From positions 1-32,376 of the forward strand of contig CAKPPA010000001.1 of NCBI GenBank assembly GCA_934177025.1: a DNA stretch of 32,376 nt. The letters run 5' to 3'. The DNA is from an uncultured Clostridia bacterium (GTDB lineage: Bacteria; Bacillota; Clostridia; Christensenellales; CAG-314). The translations under genes were made by a program, and so were the position numbers. The notes beneath the pieces are model-generated. The model was given only the letters and a program-made list of their open reading frames with translations. It was not told where the DNA came from and searched no databases. Positions 23,255 to 32,376 of this stretch are shown one piece after another. The first letter of the stretch is position 1, and each line of letters starts with the position of its first letter.

Positions 23255-23300
23255 GAATCGGTTGTTTAAAGCGTTACGAATTTACAAAAAAAGGAAGTGA
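23255..23300. repeat. right copy of the direct repeat flanking the islet
   Basis: GAATCGGTTGTTTAAAGCGTTACGAATTTACAAAAAAAGGAAGTGA. It differs from the left copy by one substitution and one extra A. Confidence 0.85.
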
Positions 23301-23317
23301 CAACACTTCCTTTTTTT
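23286..23317. terminator. bidirectional terminator (argS, and ancestrally gltX)
   Basis: AAAAAAA-GGAAGTG-ACAA-CACTTCC-TTTTTTT, 20 nt from the argS stop. Confidence 0.8.
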
Positions 23318-23336
23318 CTTTTTTTGTTTTTTTCGA

Positions 23337-25028
23337 TTACATTTTTTCCGGTGCGCGAATGCCTAGTAGCCCTAAACCGGTTTTTAACACAATGCCTGTT
23401 GCTTCCGTCAAATTGCGCCGCGCCGCAAACACGCCGTCGCTGTCGTCAAGGATACGGCACGCCATGTAAAACTTGTTAAAGCGTTGGCTGACGTCGATTA
23501 AATATTTTGCCAAAACGGACGGCTCGTATTTTTCCGCCGCATCCCGAATCGTTTGCGGAAAGGCGTTCAAAAGTTTTGCCAATTCCATGCTTTCGGCATT
23601 TTCGTAGGCGTCCTTGTCCACCGTGCCGCAAAAGCGGCCTTCCGCCTTGCGTAGCACCGAACACGTGCGTGCGTAAGTGTACTGAATGTAAGGGGAAGTT
23701 TCGCCGTCGAAATTCAACACGCGATCGAAAGTAAACGTAATGTCCTTAATGCGTGCGTTTTGCAATGCGCTAAACACCACCGCACCGACGCCCACGTCCT
23801 CCGCGATTTCCTCCTTGCGTTCCAACTCCGGATTTTTTTCGGAAATAATGCGATAGGATTTTTCCACCGCCTGATCCAACACGTCGCTCAACCAAACGAC
23901 GTTGCCCTGACGGGTGGACATGCTGCCCTCCTCCAGCGACACCATGCCGTAAGCAACATGCACCAAATCCTTCGCCCAATCGTAGCCCATCAATTCCAGC
24001 ACTTTAAAAAATTGACGGAAATGCAAATTTTGCTGATACGCCACCACGTACAACGACTTATCGAAATCGTAAGTGTTTTTGCGGTAAATTGCCGCCGCTA
24101 AATCCCTCGTTGCATAAAGCGTGGCTCCGTCCGCCTTCACCAACAGGCACGGCGGCATGTCGAACTTGCTTAAATCCACGACTTTTGCGCCTTCGCTGGT
24201 TTGTAGCAACCCTTGTTGTTCCAACTCGTCCAACACGGGTTGCATTTTGTCGTTATAAAAACTTTCGCCGTTGTAGCTGTCAAAGGATACGCCCAGCCGC
24301 TCGTAAATTTTGCCTACTTCCGTGAGCGTAATTTCCTTAAACCAACGGAACAATTCCATTGCTTCCGCATCGCCGTCCTCAATTTTTTTAAACCAACCGC
24401 GCGCTTGCTCCGTCAATTCGGGCTGCGTTTCCTCCTCACGATGAAACCGCACGTAAATTTCCTGCAGGGCTTTTACGCCTTCGCGTTCGATTTTTTCCTT
24501 GTCGCCCCACAATTTGTAAGCGACAATCAGTTTGCCGAACTGCGTGCCCCAATCCCCCAAGTGATTGATTCCCACCACGCGATACCCTTCAAACCGCAAA
24601 AGTTTGCACAGTGCGTTGCCGATGGCCGTCGTGCCGAGGTGCCCGATGTGAAAGGGTTTTGCAATGTTGACGGACGAATAATCGATGCAAACGGTTTTGC
24701 CGCTCCCTACGTCGCTTTTGCCGAACGCTTCACCTAAGGACAAAATTTCCTCCGTCACGGTTTGGCAAAACGCGCCTTTTTTCAGCGTTACGTTAAAATA
24801 GCCGTTCACTGCTTCCACACGGCTTACCCACTCGTTTTGCGGAAACGCCGCAACGAACTCTTCCGCAATTTTTTGCGGCGGCTTCCGCAGCAATTTCGAA
24901 AATTTAAAACAAGGCAGCGACAAATCGCCCAGCGTAGGATCCGCCGTGTTCGTCAATGCCGCCAAAACTTCCTCCCGACTTGCTCCGTCGATGCAAATCA
25001 AATCCGCCACAATCCGTTTAAAATCCAT
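23337..25028 (-). CDS. argS: arginine-tRNA ligase
   Basis: 563 aa with HIGH region NIAKPFHIGHLGTTAIGNAL. The length and the C-terminal anticodon-binding region ending in M are typical of ArgS. Confidence 0.9.
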   Translation of the reverse strand: MDFKRIVADLICIDGASREEVLAALTNTADPTLGDLSLPCFKFSKLLRKPPQKIAEEFVAAFPQNEWVSRVEAVNGYFNVTLKKGAFCQTVTEEILSLGEAFGKSDVGSGKTVCIDYSSVNIAKPFHIGHLGTTAIGNALCKLLRFEGYRVVGINHLGDWGTQFGKLIVAYKLWGDKEKIEREGVKALQEIYVRFHREEETQPELTEQARGWFKKIEDGDAEAMELFRWFKEITLTEVGKIYERLGVSFDSYNGESFYNDKMQPVLDELEQQGLLQTSEGAKVVDLSKFDMPPCLLVKADGATLYATRDLAAAIYRKNTYDFDKSLYVVAYQQNLHFRQFFKVLELMGYDWAKDLVHVAYGMVSLEEGSMSTRQGNVVWLSDVLDQAVEKSYRIISEKNPELERKEEIAEDVGVGAVVFSALQNARIKDITFTFDRVLNFDGETSPYIQYTYARTCSVLRKAEGRFCGTVDKDAYENAESMELAKLLNAFPQTIRDAAEKYEPSVLAKYLIDVSQRFNKFYMACRILDDSDGVFAARRNLTEATGIVLKTGLGLLGIRAPEKM

Positions 25029-25085
25029 TCTTTTCCCTTCCGTTAAATAAGATTCGGCTTTATTTTAGCACAGCGCGCCCGAAAA

Positions 25086-25844
25086 TCAAAGTAAAATCAA
25101 AGAGATTAAAAACGGGATCGCCAGATACACCGCAAAATACTTCATTTTTGCGCTTTGCAACAACTTTTGCACAAACACAATGGCAATCGCCCCCGAAATC
25201 GCCGCGCAAATCACGCCGCTTACGGTCGGCAACACGGCAACGTTTTGCCATTCCGTGGCGGTCATCGTCAAGCCTTCCACCAAACCGCTGCCGCAAATAA
25301 TCGGAATGCTTAACAAAAAACTGAATTCCCCCGCGTCCTCACGCTTTACGCCGCACAAACACATGGCGGAAATCGTACTGCCGCTGCGCGACAACCCCGG
25401 TAACACTGCCAGCCCCTGCACAAATCCCGTCAACAGCGGCACCCAAGGTTGCGTTTCCTCCACGCTTTGCCGATTTTTGCCGAACGTTTCGCCCAGCACC
25501 AGCAAAATTGCGGTCAGTAAAAACCCTACCGGCAGGAGTGCCCCTTTTACCAAGTCCTCCAAATAAAACCGAAACACAAACGCCAAGCCGAACGTCGGCA
25601 CGCACGCCAACAGGAAGTACAGCGTTTTTTTGGAAAACGGGTGACGCACCAACGCCCAAATGCTTTTTCGGTACAAAAAAATCACGGCGGCAAGGCTGCC
25701 GAGATGCAACATTAAATGAAAAAACAAATTTTCCGGAATTTGAAACAATTTTTCCGCCAACAACAAATGTCCGCTGGAACTGACGGGCAAAAATTCCGTC
25801 AAGCCCTGCAACGTCCCTAACAAGATTCCTTCCCAAAAACTCAT
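25086..25844 (-). CDS. uppP: undecaprenyl-diphosphate phosphatase
   Basis: N-terminal GLTEFLPVSSSGHLLL motif, PGLSRSG motif, 252 aa, polytopic. Confidence 0.85.
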   Translation of the reverse strand: MSFWEGILLGTLQGLTEFLPVSSSGHLLLAEKLFQIPENLFFHLMLHLGSLAAVIFLYRKSIWALVRHPFSKKTLYFLLACVPTFGLAFVFRFYLEDLVKGALLPVGFLLTAILLVLGETFGKNRQSVEETQPWVPLLTGFVQGLAVLPGLSRSGSTISAMCLCGVKREDAGEFSFLLSIPIICGSGLVEGLTMTATEWQNVAVLPTVSGVICAAISGAIAIVFVQKLLQSAKMKYFAVYLAIPFLISLILL

Positions 25845-25861
25845 ACTTTCCCCGCAACCCT

Positions 25862-25890
25862 TTTACAAACCGACAAAAACGTTGTATAAT
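25862..25890 (+). promoter_or_regulatory. candidate ychF promoter
   Basis: TTTACA (25862..25867), 17-nt spacer, TATAAT (25885..25890). This implies a leader of about 110 nt. Confidence 0.45.
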
Positions 25891-26009
25891 ATTTTCGTTT
25901 TACGAACGTATTTTATCACAAAACCGTTTGCGAAAAAACCCTTTTTCGCTTCTCCCTAATTAATTGTAGCGAATTTTCGGGTTTTTAGACCGAGCGAGAG
26001 GAGATTTTT

Positions 26010-27107
26010 ATGGAATTGGGCGTAGTCGGACTACCGAACGTCGGCAAAAGTACCCTGTTTAACGCAATTACGCATGCGGGCGCGGAAAGCGCAAACTACC
26101 CGTTTTGCACCATTGAACCAAACGTCGGCATTGTGGACGTGCCGGACGAACGCTTGCAAAAACTTGCGGCGTTGTACCAAAGTCAAAAAATTACGCCGGC
26201 ATTTTTGAAATTTGTGGACATCGCCGGCCTTGTGAAAGGCGCAAGCAAAGGCGAAGGGCTCGGCAACAAATTTTTAAGCCACATCCGCGAAGTGGATGCC
26301 ATCGTGCACGTCGTGCGCTGTTTCGAGGATCCGAACGTAACGCACGTCGACAACAGCGTCGACCCGACGCGGGACATGGAAACAATTAACCTCGAATTGA
26401 TTTTTGCCGACATGGAAACCGTAACTTCCCGTTTGGACAAAGTAAAAAGTTTGTTTAAAACGGGGGACAAAATTTACCGTTTTCAGGCGGAAGTGTTGGA
26501 AAAATGCCTTGCGCAACTCGAAAAAGGCATGCCGGTGCGCACCCTTTCCTTCCATGAGGAGGAGGCCGCTTACGTACAAAGTTTGTTTTTACTGACCTCG
26601 AAGCCCGTCGTTTACGCCGCAAACATTGCGGAGGAGGATCTCGGCAAAGCGGAGGATTCCTTGCCGCTTGTCGCGCAAGTAAAAAAACAGGCGGAAAAGG
26701 AACAAGCGGAAGTGCTGGTGATTTGCGCCAAAACGGAGGAGGATTTAGCCCTCCTGAACGACGACGAACGGCAGGAGTTTTACTTGGAACTCGGCATTTC
26801 GGAAAGCGGCCTCAATCGCTTGGTGAAAAAATGCTATCATCTTTTGGGACTCATTTCCTACCTGACGGCGGGCGAAAAGGAAACGCGCGCATGGACGGTG
26901 AAGGAAGGCACCAAAGCCCCGCAAGCCGCGGGAAAAATTCACAGCGACTTCGAAAAAGGCTTTATTCGTGCGGAAATCGTCCCTTACGAAACCTTGCTCG
27001 AATGCGGCTCCTTCCACGCAGCCAAGGAAAAAGGCAAAGTGCGTAGCGAAGGCAAGGAGTACGTCATGAAGGACGGCGACGTGGTGCTGTTCCGCTTTAA
27101 CGTGTAA
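26010..27107 (+). CDS. ychF: redox-regulated ATPase YchF
   Basis: G1 motif GLPNVGKSTLFNA, DIAGLVKGAS, and a C-terminal TGS-like domain ending in DGDVVLFRFNV. SD GAGAGGAG lies upstream. Confidence 0.9.
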   Translation: MELGVVGLPNVGKSTLFNAITHAGAESANYPFCTIEPNVGIVDVPDERLQKLAALYQSQKITPAFLKFVDIAGLVKGASKGEGLGNKFLSHIREVDAIVHVVRCFEDPNVTHVDNSVDPTRDMETINLELIFADMETVTSRLDKVKSLFKTGDKIYRFQAEVLEKCLAQLEKGMPVRTLSFHEEEAAYVQSLFLLTSKPVVYAANIAEEDLGKAEDSLPLVAQVKKQAEKEQAEVLVICAKTEEDLALLNDDERQEFYLELGISESGLNRLVKKCYHLLGLISYLTAGEKETRAWTVKEGTKAPQAAGKIHSDFEKGFIRAEIVPYETLLECGSFHAAKEKGKVRSEGKEYVMKDGDVVLFRFNV

Positions 27108-27187
27108 TTTTTACCGCGTTTTTGCCCGAACCGACGGGGAAGCAACGTTCCATGCTTTTGTGAAAAACGAATCCAAAAAAGGAAGCA

Positions 27188-27365
27188 CCTAAAAACGCAA
27201 AAAAGTAGTCATAAGGAGCAACCATAAGGGATAACCCTAAAAAACAATCGAAAAAAGTAGTCTTTGGAAAAATCCCTAAAAACGCAAAAAAAGTAATCTT
27301 TGGGTGCAACCTTTAAAAATTCAATCGGAAAAAGTAGTCTCAGGCTACACTCCTTAAAAACCTTA
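27188..27365. repeat. four to five degenerate tandem repeats, period 36-48 nt
   Basis: Units start at 27188, 27236, 27275, 27311 and 27352. Each begins CCTAAAAA or CTTTAAAAA and contains (C)GNAAAAAGTAGTC or GTAATC. Confidence 0.75.
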
Positions 27366-27408
27366 AAAAACAACACCCCTCTCCGACTTTTTCGGAGAGG
27401 GGTTTTTT
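27365..27408. terminator. bidirectional terminator shared by convergent ychF and gyrA
   Basis: CCCCTCTCCGA (27376..27386) - CTTTT - TCGGAGAGGGG (27392..27402), with an A-run before and TTTTTT after. Confidence 0.85.
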
Positions 27409-27444
27409 GTTGCAAAAATTTTTTCTCGTACGGAACGTACGCTG

Positions 27445-29940
27445 TTATTCTTCCTCGCCTTCGTCCAATTCGTCCGCACCGGCAGGCGTGTTTGCCACGC
27501 AAACGACTTTGGCGGTTTCGTCCTTAAACTTCATAACCCTAACGCCCATGGTATCGCGGCCGATTTTGGAAATATCCTTTGCCCGCACGCGAATCACCAT
27601 GCCGTTGTCCGCAATCAGCATGACGTCGTCGTTTTCGGAAACCTGCTTCAAATTGACGAGTTTGCCCGTTTTTTGATTGAACACACCCGCTTTAATGCCT
27701 TTGCCCGCACGCGACTGCAACCGGTAGTCGCTCAAATCGCTGCGTTTGCCGTAGCCGTTTTCGCTGACCGTCAAAATTTCGTATCCGTGTTGCGGCACCG
27801 TCATATCCACAATGCATTCGCCTTCGTCCAATTTCATGCTTCGTACGCCCTGCGCTTCGCGTCCCATCGGGCGAACTTCCTCCTCCGAAAACCGAATACA
27901 TTTGCCGGAACTGCTTGCAATCAAAATTTCGTCGTGTCCGCTGGTGAACTGCACGCCGATGAGTTCGTCGCCTTCCAAAAGCGTAATGGCGATTTTGCCC
28001 ACTTTGCGAATGGATTCAAATTCCTTGAGCGGCGTTTTTTTCACAAGCCCGTGCTTCGTTGCCAAAAACAGATTTCCGTGCGTGCCTTCCTTTAACGGAA
28101 TCACTGCCGTAACTTTTTCCTCGGCACTTAATTGCAACAAGTTGATGATGGCGCGCCCTTTGGCGTTGCGTTGCGCTTCCGGCACTTCGTAGCCTTTAAT
28201 GCTGTACACTTTGCCGAAATTCGTAAAAAACAGCAGGTCGTCGTGCGTGTTGGAAAGGAACATGTTTTCCACAAAGTCCTCTTCCCGCGTTTTGTGTGCG
28301 TTGACTCCCTTGCCTCCGCGACGTTGCGTTTTGTACTCCGTCACCGGCAAGCGTTTCACGTACCCGAAATGCGTCATGGAAATAATCACGTCCTCGCGTT
28401 CGATTAAGTCCCCGATTTCGATATCCGCATAATCGTAGGAAATTTCCGTTCGGCGCGGCGTGTTGTACTTGTCCTTAATTTCCAACATTTCGGTTTTAAT
28501 GATTTCGTCCACTTTTTCCGGCGAACGAATGATGGATTTTAATTCTTCAATTGTTTTGCGCAATTGATCCAATTCCTGCTTGAGGCTTTCCACTTCGAGG
28601 CTCGTCAAGCGCGCAAGTTTCATATCGAGGATTGCCGCCGCCTGTTTTTCGCTCAAACGGAAAGTTTCCATTAAGCGTTCGCTTGCGACGCTGCGATCCT
28701 TGGAAGTTTTGATGATGTTTACCACTTCGTCGATGTTGTTTTCCGCAATCACCAACCCTTCCACAATGTGGCACTTTTCCTCCGCTTTGTGAAGGTCGTA
28801 CTTGGTGCGGCGCAAAATGACGTCCTGCTGATAGCGAATGTAATGCCCGATGATTTCGCGCAGCCCCATAATGCGCGGTTCGCCGTCCGCCAACGCAAGG
28901 AGGGTAATGCCGTTGGAAACTTGCAGTTGCGTGTGTTTAAACAACATGTTCAGCACAACTTGCGCATTTGCGTCCTTTTTGACGTCAATGACAATGCGCA
29001 TGCCGTTCCGGTCGCTTTCCTCCTTAATGTCCGAAATGCCTTCGATGCGTTTGTCCTTTACCAAGTCCGCAATGGTGCTAATCAACCGCGCCTTGTTCAC
29101 CTGATACGGCAATTCCGTTACGACAATGCGTTGCCGTCCGTTGTTAAACTCCTCAATGTCCGTTTTGGCACGCAGCACCACGCCGCCCCGCCCCGTTTTG
29201 TAGGCGTATTTAATGGCGGCACGTCCCATAATAATGCCCCCCGTCGGATAGTCCGGCGCAGGCATCACGTTCATCAACTCCTCCAGCGTAATTTCGGGGT
29301 TTTCCATGGTGGCAATGACGGCGTCAATCACTTCGCCGAGGTTGTGCGGCGGAATGTTTGTTGCCATGCCGACGGCAATTCCGTCCGCACCGTTGACGAG
29401 CAAGTTCGGAAAACGGCTCGGCAACACCGTCGGTTGCAGTAGCGTATCGTCAAAGTTCGGGTAAAAGTCCACCGTTTCCTTGTCGATATCCCTTAACAGT
29501 TCGCTTGCGATTTTCGACAGCCGCGCTTCCGTGTAACGTTGTGCGGCAGGAGGATCGCCGTCCACCGACCCGAAGTTTCCTTGCCCTTCCACCAGCGGGC
29601 AACGAATGGAAAAGTCCTGCGCCAAACGCACCAATGCGTCGTACACGGCGGAGTCGCCGTGCGGATGGTACTTTCCGAGGACATCCCCAACGATACGCGC
29701 GCTTTTACGGAACGGCTTGTCGTTGGTTAAATTCAATTCCCCCATCGAGTACAAAATGCGCCGATGCACGGGTTTTAACCCGTCGCGCACGTCCGGAATC
29801 GCGCGGGAAACGTTGACTGCCATGGCGTAGGCAATGAAGGAACGCTTCATTTCCTCCTCGACTTTTACCGTTTCGATTTTGGATTTTTGTAACGCCTCGA
29901 TATATGCAATTTCGTCTTTTTCGCTTACTTTTTTACCCAT
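27445..29940 (-). CDS. gyrA: DNA gyrase subunit A
   Basis: 831 aa with [18 protein letters not shown] and active-site [10 protein letters not shown]. The C-terminal beta-pinwheel repeats end in an acidic tail. Confidence 0.95.
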   Translation of the reverse strand: MGKKVSEKDEIAYIEALQKSKIETVKVEEEMKRSFIAYAMAVNVSRAIPDVRDGLKPVHRRILYSMGELNLTNDKPFRKSARIVGDVLGKYHPHGDSAVYDALVRLAQDFSIRCPLVEGQGNFGSVDGDPPAAQRYTEARLSKIASELLRDIDKETVDFYPNFDDTLLQPTVLPSRFPNLLVNGADGIAVGMATNIPPHNLGEVIDAVIATMENPEITLEELMNVMPAPDYPTGGIIMGRAAIKYAYKTGRGGVVLRAKTDIEEFNNGRQRIVVTELPYQVNKARLISTIADLVKDKRIEGISDIKEESDRNGMRIVIDVKKDANAQVVLNMLFKHTQLQVSNGITLLALADGEPRIMGLREIIGHYIRYQQDVILRRTKYDLHKAEEKCHIVEGLVIAENNIDEVVNIIKTSKDRSVASERLMETFRLSEKQAAAILDMKLARLTSLEVESLKQELDQLRKTIEELKSIIRSPEKVDEIIKTEMLEIKDKYNTPRRTEISYDYADIEIGDLIEREDVIISMTHFGYVKRLPVTEYKTQRRGGKGVNAHKTREEDFVENMFLSNTHDDLLFFTNFGKVYSIKGYEVPEAQRNAKGRAIINLLQLSAEEKVTAVIPLKEGTHGNLFLATKHGLVKKTPLKEFESIRKVGKIAITLLEGDELIGVQFTSGHDEILIASSSGKCIRFSEEEVRPMGREAQGVRSMKLDEGECIVDMTVPQHGYEILTVSENGYGKRSDLSDYRLQSRAGKGIKAGVFNQKTGKLVNLKQVSENDDVMLIADNGMVIRVRAKDISKIGRDTMGVRVMKFKDETAKVVCVANTPAGADELDEGEEE

Positions 29941-29948
29941 AATTCCCT

Positions 29949-31940
<1,992 letters not shown>

Positions 31941-32071
31941 TTATTTTTTTGCTTGTTTGCGTTTCGGGCGTTTAAAATGCCCTATTTTCCTTTAAAACCT
32001 TTTTTTTGAAAAAAATGTCGAAATTCGTTTTTCTTTCCTACGACGAAATTTTTTCTTTTGCCGACGCTTTC

Positions 32072-32215
32072 GCCTCCTTTTTTTCGAAAAGTTTTTTCTC
32101 TTTTTTTGCTCCTTTCAAAAAGAGAATTTTGCCTTTTTTTCCGTTCCTTTGAAAAAGAAAATTTTACCTTTTTTTTCGTTCCTTTTTAAAAGTATTTTCT
32201 CTTTCTCTTTTCTTT
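32072..32215. repeat. four degenerate tandem repeats, period 33-37 nt, running into homopyrimidine tracts
   Basis: gcctcctttttttcgaaaagttttttctcttttttt / gctcctttcaaaaagagaattttgccttttttt / ccgttcctttgaaaaagaaaattttacctttttttt / cgttcctttttaaaagtattttctc... Pure pyrimidine runs follow at 32195..32219 and 32241..32273. Confidence 0.7.
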
Positions 32216-32376
32216 TTTTGTCTTTTTCTCCAAAAAAACACTTTTTCTTTTTTCTCTTTTTTTCTTTCTTTTTGTCTCTTTTTTTCGAATTTTTTTTAAA
32301 AAACCTTTGCTTCGCATTTACTCCCAAAGTTTTCTCCCGCTACGGCGGGCGATAGCGATTGTAATGTATCCTTGTT

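Noticed and set aside
25029-25085. T-box or other leader upstream of argS (and likewise upstream of gltX)
   Set aside because: argS is only 57 nt from uppP, and gltX overlaps radC. Neither gap has room for a 200-300-nt T-box leader, and no specifier or T-box sequence is visible.
25930-25960. Small hairpin GCGAAAAA-ACCC-TTTTTCGC in the ychF leader as an attenuator or riboswitch
   Set aside because: The stem is A:T-rich and weak, and I recognise no conserved riboswitch core. It is more likely incidental.
32115-32327. 70-aa K/E/R-rich minus-strand ORF and the overlapping F/L/S-rich plus-strand ORF 32149..32355
   Set aside because: Both are reading-frame artefacts of the T-rich/A-rich repeat tract upstream of gyrB. 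Neither has translation signals.

Overview
32.4-kb chromosomal window, probably from a Bacillota (Clostridia-like) bacterium, judged from strong GGAGG-type ribosome-binding sites, TTGACA/TATAAT promoters and gene content. I support 24 CDS (16 minus strand, 8 plus strand), two adjacent tRNA-Met genes, about a dozen hairpin terminators and several promoters. Most genes are housekeeping: gyrB-gyrA, ychF, uppP-argS, radC-gltX, pepV, an M20 peptidase plus MscS-type channel, an overlapping alkD-like/lplA/lpd/gcvH operon, an MFS transporter, nadE, two divergent MATE exporters and an MBG/YDG-repeat surface protein. Three things are not ordinary. (i) At 6433..8556 there is a solitary gamma-class N6-adenine DNA methyltransferase with a TaqI-like specificity domain. 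Its N-terminus carries two tandem helix-turn-helix domains instead of a nuclease, it has no restriction partner nearby, and its ATG sits 6 nt after a near-consensus promoter, so it looks leaderless. (ii) A visibly AT-rich 1.2-kb islet (22072..23254) is inserted in the shared gltX/argS terminator and bounded by 45/46-nt direct repeats. It carries a small XRE repressor divergent from a zinc-ribbon/TM2-like membrane protein, with palindromic operators over the promoter. (iii) Almost every intergenic spacer is filled with degenerate tandem repeats (periods about 23, 36 and 40 nt) or long homopyrimidine tracts, and all spacers look G-poor on the plus strand. I saw no CRISPR array, cas gene, transposase, integrase, rRNA or recognisable riboswitch. 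All calls come from reading the sequence and ORF translations. No searches were run.
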